Below are positions 56,737 to 64,000 of a DNA stretch of 64,000 nucleotides, piece after piece. The DNA is taken from the NCBI GenBank assembly GCA_021824915.1, contig JAKAJP010000013.1:1733-65732 (forward strand). The letters run 5' to 3'. Numbering within the stretch: the stretch's first letter is position 1; every line of letters starts with the position of its first letter. The notes beneath the pieces were generated by a model. The model made no database searches. It had not been told where the DNA came from and saw only the letters and a program-made list of their open reading frames with translations. The position numbers and the translations under genes are program-made. The stretch comes from a bacterium (GTDB lineage Bacteria; Patescibacteriota; Microgenomatia; UBA8517).

Positions 56737-58542
56737 ATGAAGACGAGTGAAATACGAGAGAGGTATCTCAAGTTTTTTATAGCAAAGAAGCATAAAGTTG
56801 TTGCCCCGTCCCCATTGGTTTTGGAGAATGACCCAACGACACTTTTTACTTCAAGTGGAATGCAGCAGTTGGTACCATACCTTAAAGGTGAAAAACATCC
56901 TGAAGGCAAACGTCTTGTTGATTCTCAGCCCTCAATTCGTATGCAGGATTTGGATGAGGTCGCAGACAATCGTCACTATACTTTTTTTGAAATGCTTGGA
57001 AATTGGAGTCTGGGTGATTATTTTAAGGCTGAACAGCTCCCATGGGTTTGGGAGTTTTTCACCAAAGAGCTCGAGTTAGATCCTAAAAGACTTTACGTTT
57101 CGGTTTTTGAGGGTTATGAGGACGTTCCTAAAGATACAGAGTCTTTTGAGATTTGGAAAAAAATCGGAGTTCCTGAAAGCCACATTTTCTTTTATGGCGC
57201 AGATAAAAATTGGTGGAGCCGGGCCGGTGCGCCTGATAAAATGCCGGCGGGAGAAATCGGTGGGCCGGACAGCGAAATTTTCTACGAATTTGATACTCCT
57301 CACGACCCGAATTTTGGGAAATTTTGTCATCCAAATTGCGATTGTGGTAGATTTTTGGAAATCGGAAACTCAGTTTTTATGCAATATAAGAAACTTGAAA
57401 ACGGAAAACTTGAGGAGCTTCCGCAAAAAAATGTTGATTTTGGCGGCGGACTAGAGCGGATTGCGGCTGCTGTTAACGATGATCCGGACACTTACCATAT
57501 AGATTTGTTTGCCGAGGTTGTAAGAAAGATAGGAGAGGAAGTTGGAGTAAGCTATAATACAGACTCTGAAAAAAACAAAAGCTTCAGAATTATTGCGGAT
57601 CATCTAAGGGCGGCGGTAAATCTTTTAGCGGAAGGTGTGGTTCCTTCCAACAAACTTCAGGGTTATGCCTTAAGAAGATTAATTAGGCGAGCAATGTTTC
57701 ATTTTCATCTTCTCGGGAGCGGAATTTCCGGAAGCGCAGTTTCGTTTGTTGCGGAAGATTATCGAAATCACTATGGAAATGTCCATAAAAACTGGGAGTT
57801 TGTAAAAGAAAATTTGGAGGTTGAGGCAACAAGATTTGAATCTGCTCTAAAGCGCGGTTTAGCAAAGTTAACCCACGCCGTTTCGGAAAATTTGGAAATA
57901 GACGGAAAATTTGCTTTTGATCTTTACCAAACAGAGGGGTTTCCGCTCGAGCTTACCATGGAAATTCTTGGTCAGAACGGAATGGAATTTAGTCAACTTC
58001 AAAAAAATACTTTTGAAGCCGAATTTGAAAAACACAAAGAAAACTCTAGGAGTATGTCAGCAGGGATTTTTAGGGGAGGTTTGGAAAGTAAATCCGACGA
58101 GACAATTACAAGGCTTCATACTGCAACCCACCTCTTACATGCAGCACTTCGCGAAATTTTAGGTGAACATGTGGGGCAAAAAGGAAGTCATATAACTTCT
58201 GACCGGTTGAGATTTGATTTTTCTCATCCCAACAAATTGACCCAGAAAGAAATTGAAGGTGTTGAAGGCTTGATTAACGAGAAAATAAAGGCAAATTTGC
58301 CGGTTACGTTTGCCGTCATGAGTTTGGAGCGGGCTATTAAAGAAGGAGCCCTGCATTTTTTTGCCGAAAAGTACGGGAGCGAAGTAAAAGTTTATACGAT
58401 AGGTGATAAAGAAAATTGGTTTTCCAAGGAAGTTTGTGGAGGACCCCATGTAAGGAATACTTCTGAGATAGGTGGTGTTAAAATAATTAAACAAGAGAAA
58501 ATTGGATCCGGTGTTATCCGGGTTTACGCTGCCCTTAGATGA
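56737..58542 (+). CDS. alaS: Alanyl-tRNA synthetase lacking the C-Ala domain
   Basis: FFEMLGNWS, IADHLR, editing HTATH and CGGPH; ends after the editing domain. Confidence 0.96.
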   Translation: MKTSEIRERYLKFFIAKKHKVVAPSPLVLENDPTTLFTSSGMQQLVPYLKGEKHPEGKRLVDSQPSIRMQDLDEVADNRHYTFFEMLGNWSLGDYFKAEQLPWVWEFFTKELELDPKRLYVSVFEGYEDVPKDTESFEIWKKIGVPESHIFFYGADKNWWSRAGAPDKMPAGEIGGPDSEIFYEFDTPHDPNFGKFCHPNCDCGRFLEIGNSVFMQYKKLENGKLEELPQKNVDFGGGLERIAAAVNDDPDTYHIDLFAEVVRKIGEEVGVSYNTDSEKNKSFRIIADHLRAAVNLLAEGVVPSNKLQGYALRRLIRRAMFHFHLLGSGISGSAVSFVAEDYRNHYGNVHKNWEFVKENLEVEATRFESALKRGLAKLTHAVSENLEIDGKFAFDLYQTEGFPLELTMEILGQNGMEFSQLQKNTFEAEFEKHKENSRSMSAGIFRGGLESKSDETITRLHTATHLLHAALREILGEHVGQKGSHITSDRLRFDFSHPNKLTQKEIEGVEGLINEKIKANLPVTFAVMSLERAIKEGALHFFAEKYGSEVKVYTIGDKENWFSKEVCGGPHVRNTSEIGGVKIIKQEKIGSGVIRVYAALR

Positions 58543-60734
58543 ATTTAAAAGAATTTTTGGCTAGTCGCGAGAAACCTCCCGAACTTTTTTGGTCGCTTGT
58601 AGTTGAGCCGGGTTGGGTTCAGGCTGGTCTTTGGTTTATTAATGGGCAGGAGACTGAAGTTGTAAGCGTGGGACCTTCTTCTCCATGGGAAGCCGATGAA
58701 GATTTGATCGGGGCAGTAGACGCAGCATTATCATCCGCAATTCAAAAATTGCCCGAAGAGTCCCAGGAGCCGTCTAAGACCGTCTTTGGTGTTCCTTCCG
58801 GCTGGGTCAGCGGTGGAGAAATAAAAGGAGAATTTTTGGATAGGATTAAGAAAGTTTGTACGGAGCTTTCTTTGGAACCGGTTGGTTTTGTTGTTTTACC
58901 TGAGGCAATTGCACACTTGTATAAGTCTGAAGAGGGATCACCGGTCAGTGCAATTATTGTGGGGCTGGGAAAAGAATTTTTGGAGATTGCAATTTTTAAG
59001 CTCGGAAATTTAATTGGCACCACATCGGTGGCTAGAAGCGTGTCAGTAATTGAAGATGTGACCGAAGGTTTAAGTCGTTTTGAAAGCGCTTCCCCACTTC
59101 CCTCAAGGTTGATAGTTTATGATGGGAGAGAGGGTGAAATTGAAGAGGCAAAGGATACACTTCTGTCAGCCGACTGGGACGGAATTGGGAAGATCAAATT
59201 TTTGCATACACCAAAAGTTGAGGCGTTGAGTACCGACCGAAAAGTTTTTGCTACGTCACTGGCGGGGGCATCGGAGATTGGCCACGCCTCACACGTTTCT
59301 TTGAGGGAAGTAAGGGAAAACCCTCCGCTAGATGAAGAAAGTAGTCTGGCGAATGTTACCGAGCCCGTTACCCCCGTATCCCCGGCCGATTTGGGATTTG
59401 CGATTGGTGAAGACGTCTCAAAGAGTACGATTGGGGTGAGAGAACCGTCACTAGCGTCCGTTCCGCCGGCACCTTCAGTTGAGAGAAGTGTTCGGGAGGC
59501 TATTTCTTTCGGGAAGCTGGCCCCTTTTAATAAAGTAAAATCTCTTTTTCACTCTCTGGTAGGGAAAATAAAACTTGCGCCGAAAGCTACCGGAAGGGTA
59601 AATAGAAAAAACCTTTATTTCCTTGGTCTTTTTGGTTTTGTTGCACTCATAGCACTTTTTGCTTTTTGGTGGTTCTATCCCAAAGCAACGGTTTTGGTTT
59701 ATGTTTCTCCCAAGGTGTATCAAGGCGAATCACAGATAAATGTTGATATTGGTGGTACAAGTGATATTGCAAACGCGGTTGTTCCGGGCCGCGTTTTGGA
59801 TGCAAAGGTTTCAGGAACAAAAACGGCAGGAACCACAGGATCAAAATTAATTGGAGATAAAGCTAAGGGCTCGGTTAAAATTGGTAATTCAACCGCAAAT
59901 CCAATAGATTTACCCGCCGGAACCATTCTTGGCTCTTCGGGTAATTTGAGTTTTACCACTGACTCCGAGGCCTCCGTATCGGCTGGTTTGGATTCATTCA
60001 CTCCTGGGACAACTACAGTGAGTGTTACCGCTGCCGACATTGGCGCTGAATATAATCTCGCAAACGGTGAAACCTTTACCGTTGGTAATTATCCGAAAGC
60101 AGAGGTTTCTGCACAATCAACCTCGGATTTTTCGGGCGGGACAAGCCAGCAAATTCTAGCAGTTTCCCAGGATGATCAGAGCAAGCTTGAGAGTTCCTTG
60201 ACGAGCGAACTTAGTGATCAGGCGTTGGATTCTACTGCTTCTCAGGCAAAAGACTCTGAAATTGTTGCCCCAGTCTTGGTTTCGGTAGACAAAATTGACG
60301 AAACATTTAGTAATAAGGTTGGCGATGAAGCATCAACTTTGAAGCTGGATCTGCAACTTGACACCAAAGGGGTGGCAATCGATAAATCTAACCTTATTGA
60401 GTTTGCCAAAACACTTCTTAAGGACAAAATTCCCCAGGGTTTTGCCTTGAGAGACGACCAGATTAGTTTTAAGTTTACGTTTCTCAAACTAAAGTCGGGT
60501 AGATATAGTTTCAAGGTTGAGGTCTCAGCCAACTTTCTCCCCGTAATCTCTAATGATCAGATAATTAGTCAAATATCCGGAAAAAGTAGTGATGCGGCCG
60601 AGACATACCTTGCAAAAATTCCGGGTTTCAGGAGAGCCGATGTGAGAATGGTAAGTCCATTTCCAAGTTTTCTTCAGGTGCTTCCGGAGGTTACCAAAAA
60701 TATCAATCTCCAGATTGTCGGTGAAAAACCCTGA
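58539..60734 (+). CDS. Bitopic protein: degenerate actin/FtsA/PilM-like N-domain + TM + baseplate-J-like extracellular region
   Basis: LEPVGFVVLPEAIA, IIVGLG; TM; KAKGSVKI, LPAGT, FTT, VTAADIGAEYN, FSGG..AVSQDD. Confidence 0.7.
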   Translation: MNLKEFLASREKPPELFWSLVVEPGWVQAGLWFINGQETEVVSVGPSSPWEADEDLIGAVDAALSSAIQKLPEESQEPSKTVFGVPSGWVSGGEIKGEFLDRIKKVCTELSLEPVGFVVLPEAIAHLYKSEEGSPVSAIIVGLGKEFLEIAIFKLGNLIGTTSVARSVSVIEDVTEGLSRFESASPLPSRLIVYDGREGEIEEAKDTLLSADWDGIGKIKFLHTPKVEALSTDRKVFATSLAGASEIGHASHVSLREVRENPPLDEESSLANVTEPVTPVSPADLGFAIGEDVSKSTIGVREPSLASVPPAPSVERSVREAISFGKLAPFNKVKSLFHSLVGKIKLAPKATGRVNRKNLYFLGLFGFVALIALFAFWWFYPKATVLVYVSPKVYQGESQINVDIGGTSDIANAVVPGRVLDAKVSGTKTAGTTGSKLIGDKAKGSVKIGNSTANPIDLPAGTILGSSGNLSFTTDSEASVSAGLDSFTPGTTTVSVTAADIGAEYNLANGETFTVGNYPKAEVSAQSTSDFSGGTSQQILAVSQDDQSKLESSLTSELSDQALDSTASQAKDSEIVAPVLVSVDKIDETFSNKVGDEASTLKLDLQLDTKGVAIDKSNLIEFAKTLLKDKIPQGFALRDDQISFKFTFLKLKSGRYSFKVEVSANFLPVISNDQIISQISGKSSDAAETYLAKIPGFRRADVRMVSPFPSFLQVLPEVTKNINLQIVGEKP

Positions 60735-60750
60735 TGATAATATGTAATTC

Positions 60751-61437
60751 ATGTCTAGAAAAGCAATTTGGAGGCTTTCCGCCGTTATTTCGGGGTTGTC
60801 AGGGATAATTATTTTGATAGGCGTTTTATATCCAATCTTTTCATATAACTCAATTTATAGTCCTAGGTTTGAAAAATTAATTTCCCCTGTAAATGAAAGT
60901 CTGCCTGGAGTTGCGGGACAAGGCACCTTTGATGACACTCAGGCTAGTACATGGTTTCCCACTGCTGTAAAGAAAGAAGCGTTCGCTTCCTCTAAAGTTG
61001 AGTATTATACAATCAGCATACCCAGATTGAAAATTGACAACGCCTCAGTGGCTATTGGCGGAGAGGATTTGAATAAAAGTCTAATACAGTATCCTGGAAC
61101 GGCGCTTCCGGGGAAGCGGGGCAACTCTGTGATTTTTGGACATTCTATTCTGCCCATTTTTTATAACCCGAAAGAGTATATTTCTATCTTTTCGCTTCTA
61201 CCAACTCTCAAAAAAGGGGATGATATCTATGTGAATTATGATGGGGTTTCCTATACCTACAGGGTTGAAACGATGTTTGAAGTTCGACCAACTGATATTC
61301 AGGTTTTGGAACAGGACACCTCCGATTCGTTTTTAACCCTTGTAACCTGTACTCCTCCGGGAGATCCTACAAAACCCAAAAGGCTTATAGTTCGTGCCCG
61401 TGTGGTCTTGCCGGATCAAAATCAGAGTATTGATTAA
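60751..61437 (+). CDS. Sortase
   Basis: N-terminal anchor, GNSVIFGHS, LTLVTCTP, KRLIVRA (His/Cys/Arg triad). Confidence 0.93.
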   Translation: MSRKAIWRLSAVISGLSGIIILIGVLYPIFSYNSIYSPRFEKLISPVNESLPGVAGQGTFDDTQASTWFPTAVKKEAFASSKVEYYTISIPRLKIDNASVAIGGEDLNKSLIQYPGTALPGKRGNSVIFGHSILPIFYNPKEYISIFSLLPTLKKGDDIYVNYDGVSYTYRVETMFEVRPTDIQVLEQDTSDSFLTLVTCTPPGDPTKPKRLIVRARVVLPDQNQSID

Positions 61438-61439
61438 TC

Positions 61440-61826
61440 ATGCGAATACTTGGGATCGATTATGGAAGGAAGAAAGTTGGTGTAGCCTTCTCCGAAGGGT
61501 TTTTGGCTGAGCCCTTGAGGGTTATAAAATATAGTAGTTTGAAATCATTGGTAGAGAAAATTAAATGGATTGTCGAATCTGAAGGAGTTGAAAGGGTTGT
61601 TGTGGGAATCTCCGAGGGAGAAATGGGTAAAGAGTCCGAAGAATTTAGCCGGAGTTTGGGGAAAGTATTAAATATGCCAGTTGAGACTTTTGATGAAACC
61701 TTAACAAGTAAAGATGCCCAAAGATTTTCTTTGGAATCCGGTATTTCCAGGAAAAAGAGACGGGAAATGGAGGATGCGTACGCGGCCAGTTTGATGCTCC
61801 AGAATTATTTGGATTCTCAGGGTTGA
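61440..61826 (+). CDS. yqgF: YqgF/RuvX RNase H-fold nuclease
   Basis: LGIDYGRKKVG, FDETLTS, DAYAASLMLQ. Confidence 0.92.
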   Translation: MRILGIDYGRKKVGVAFSEGFLAEPLRVIKYSSLKSLVEKIKWIVESEGVERVVVGISEGEMGKESEEFSRSLGKVLNMPVETFDETLTSKDAQRFSLESGISRKKRREMEDAYAASLMLQNYLDSQG

Positions 61827-61857
61827 CTACCAAGCCTCTATGCTATACTTTAGTTAG

Positions 61858-62058
61858 ATGTTTAAGAACGTGATTTCTCCGATTCAGGCGTGGCTTTTGT
61901 CTCAGGGGCGATGTGTGGGCTGCGGCAGAGAGTTGTCACTTGGTAAAGTGGGCAGTCGAAAAGATGGGACAAAAAGAATCTCCTGCCAATGTGGGCGTAT
62001 TTTTGTTTTAGATCCAAAAACCAAGAAATACAGACGGGCTCTTCTCGAGGAAGTTTAG
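61858..62058 (+). CDS. Small zinc-ribbon protein
   Basis: CVGC...CQCG; TG-c-TATACT 8 nt upstream. Confidence 0.75.
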   Translation: MFKNVISPIQAWLLSQGRCVGCGRELSLGKVGSRKDGTKRISCQCGRIFVLDPKTKKYRRALLEEV

Positions 62059-62066
62059 AGCTTCCG

Positions 62067-63038
62067 ATGAAAAAACTTTATTTACTACCCTTTTTAGTTG
62101 TTTCCATATTGGTTTTAGCCCTGGTTTGGTTTTTCTGGGCATCGAGGCCGCCTTTACAAAGTGCGGGTTTTACAACCTTTGCTGTCGAAAACGGTGCTTC
62201 GGCGAGTCGGATTGGTACCAAACTCGAAAAAGATGGTTTTGTAAGAAGTGGTTTGGCTTTTAAGATTTATACCCAATTTACGGGATCTGCTGGAAAAATC
62301 CAGGCTGGGGAATACAGACTGAATCCAAGCTATACTCTTTTCCAAGTCGTTGCGGAACTGACACGGGGTCCGATTGAAATTTGGGTTACAATTCCGGAAG
62401 GACTACGGCGGGAAGAGGTTGCAGCTAAATTTACAAAAGCATTGGATCAGGACTCAGTTTTTGAGAGTCAATTTTTAGAAGCCTCTGTTGGACAGGAAGG
62501 ATTTTTATTTCCCGACACATATTTATTTTCGAAGGAATCTTCAGCGTCGGGAATAGTAAATAAGATGGTGCGGAATTTTGGATCCAAAACTGCAAATCTT
62601 GGAGCAGGTAAGGACTTAACTTTTGATCAAGGGATAATTCTTGCTTCGCTTATAGAACGTGAGACCAGGACAGAAGATGAACGCCCTGTCGTTGCCGGAA
62701 TTTTAATCAACAGACTTAATGCTGGAATGCCTTTACAGGTTGATGCAACCGTTCAGTATGCAGTCGCTACCAGTCGATGTAAGTTTACTTTGACTACCTG
62801 TTCTTGGTGGCAACCCCTCACCTCGGCAGATCTCTCAATAAATTCTCCATATAATACTTATTTGGTGCCGGGTTTACCACCCGCTCCCATAGCAAATCCC
62901 GGTTTGTCTTCTATACAGGCAGCTTTTAGTCCTGCAAAGACTGACTATTTTTATTATATTCATGACGCGGATGGTCAAATTCACTACGCCAAAACCCTTG
63001 ATGAGCAGAATGCCAATATTGCTAAATATCTTCACTGA
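62067..63038 (+). CDS. mltG: Endolytic transglycosylase MltG
   Basis: TIPEG, EGFLFPDTY, LASLIERE, LQVDAT, SPYNTY..GLPPAPIANPG. Confidence 0.95.
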   Translation: MKKLYLLPFLVVSILVLALVWFFWASRPPLQSAGFTTFAVENGASASRIGTKLEKDGFVRSGLAFKIYTQFTGSAGKIQAGEYRLNPSYTLFQVVAELTRGPIEIWVTIPEGLRREEVAAKFTKALDQDSVFESQFLEASVGQEGFLFPDTYLFSKESSASGIVNKMVRNFGSKTANLGAGKDLTFDQGIILASLIERETRTEDERPVVAGILINRLNAGMPLQVDATVQYAVATSRCKFTLTTCSWWQPLTSADLSINSPYNTYLVPGLPPAPIANPGLSSIQAAFSPAKTDYFYYIHDADGQIHYAKTLDEQNANIAKYLH

Positions 63039-63047
63039 TTTTAGTTA

Positions 63048-63134
63048 TTGACAGCCTTGGAATTGGGAATATAATGCCCAATTAGGCGTACAAAGGTTTG
63101 GTACGCTCGTCTCGCATCTACCATGCGGGCTTTT
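63048..63134 (+). promoter_or_regulatory. rpoB promoter and structured leader
   Basis: TTGACA-16-TATAAT; hairpins GCGTAC/GTACGC and CTCGCAT/ATGCGGG + TTTT. Confidence 0.65.
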
Positions 63135-63152
63135 AGTGTTTCAATCCAAATA

Positions 63153-64000
63153 ATGACGCTCAAAAACAACCGCCAGAATTTCGGAAAAGAGGAAAAAAAT
63201 TTACCCGAAATTGATTTAGCAAAAGTCCAACAAGAAAGCTGGCAGTGGTTTACCCAAGAAGGGATCGAAGAGGAGCTTTCCGCCATTTCCCCAATCGACG
63301 ATTTTACAGGCAAGAATTGGCAATTGTTTCTCGGTGAACACTCCCTCGGAACTCCAACCATTTCTCCCAGAACCGCACAACTTAAAGGTTTAACTTATTC
63401 ATCTCCCCTTAAAATCAGAGCAACTCTAGTTAACAAAAAGACTGGTCGTGAGGTGGCCCAGGATGTTTTTTTGGGTGACATTCCCCAAATGACATCTCGT
63501 GGAACCTTCGTTGTTAACGGTATTGAGCGCGCGGTTATCAACCAAATAGTCAGATCTCCTGGAGTTTATTTTTCCGGGGAGCTTGATGCTTCAAGTGGCC
63601 GAGTTCTTTATACCGCAGAAGTTAGGCCTCTGCATGGGAGCTGGCTTGAGTTTGAAGTGACCCGTGGCGATATTATTTATGCGAGAATTGATAGGCGTAG
63701 AAAGGTTTTAGCTACGGTTTTGCTTCGTGCGATGGGCGTAACCAGTGATGAGGAAATGGTCTCTATTTTTGCTGGCGTTGATAAAAGTGAAAATCATAAA
63801 TACGTAAGTGCAACTTTAGCCAAGGATCCGACAAAAACCAGAGAAGAGGCCCTAATTGAAATTTACAGAAAAATGAGACCAGGTGAGCCGGCGGTACTTG
63901 ATAACGCGGAAACCCTTTTTGCTTCCCTTTTTACAGATGGTAGACGCTATGATTTGGGAAAAGTTGGAAGGTTTAAGATAAATAAACGACTTGGACTCAC
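63153..64000 (+). CDS. rpoB: RNA polymerase beta subunit (5' part; runs off the window; not in the ORF track)
   Basis: MTLKNNRQNFG...LTYSSPL...FLGDIPQMTSRGTFVVNGIERAVINQIVRSPGVYF...RYDLGKVGRFKINKRL. Confidence 0.97.
   Translation, partial: MTLKNNRQNFGKEEKNLPEIDLAKVQQESWQWFTQEGIEEELSAISPIDDFTGKNWQLFLGEHSLGTPTISPRTAQLKGLTYSSPLKIRATLVNKKTGREVAQDVFLGDIPQMTSRGTFVVNGIERAVINQIVRSPGVYFSGELDASSGRVLYTAEVRPLHGSWLEFEVTRGDIIYARIDRRRKVLATVLLRAMGVTSDEEMVSIFAGVDKSENHKYVSATLAKDPTKTREEALIEIYRKMRPGEPAVLDNAETLFASLFTDGRRYDLGKVGRFKINKRLGL

Noticed and set aside
56737-58542. Short alaS, infB, hrcA, grpE and metG (HIGF) as pseudogenes
   Set aside because: Frames and catalytic cores are intact and they are tightly coupled to neighbours; consistent with streamlined forms
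58539-60734. Prophage or contractile injection system
   Set aside because: No sheath, tube, spike, capsid or integrase genes; the flanks are core genes
63041-63361. 106-aa minus-strand ORF
   Set aside because: Antisense to rpoB and its promoter

Overview
A densely coding chromosomal segment that uses standard code 11 (TGA = stop). The gene set looks like a reduced-genome Patescibacteria/CPR organism, probably Microgenomates-like; this is inferred from the truncated IF2, AlaRS, HrcA and Lon, the degenerate DHH protein and the near-absence of SD sites. Housekeeping content: groES-groEL, tRNA-Cys, metG, two UvrD-family helicases, hrcA-grpE-dnaK, dnaJ (three CIRCE sites across these chaperone loci), nusA-infB-DHH-rpsO-pnp, rnj-ftsK-rodZ-alaS-yqgF-mltG and the 5' part of rpoB. 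It also carries a large monoderm-type envelope toolkit: WecA/TagO, a DPPR-synthase-like UbiA, UDP-xylose synthase, four GT-C glycosyltransferases (one a GT-C/PMT fusion), LCP, two FemAB proteins, MurJ and a sortase. Most interesting: (1) a pilN-pilO operon without pilM, co-transcribed with S/T/P-rich LPxTG-like surface proteins; (2) a bitopic protein joining a degenerate actin/FtsA/PilM-like fold to a baseplate-J-like region, next to the sortase; (3) TAnnnT boxes 6-10 nt before many start codons (leaderless mRNAs), with head-to-head overlapping genes; (4) an accessory insert between dnaK and dnaJ containing an unlisted 59-aa ORF and a ~110-nt structured RNA candidate. No CRISPR array, prophage or transposase is seen. 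All calls come from reading motifs by eye, with no database searches.
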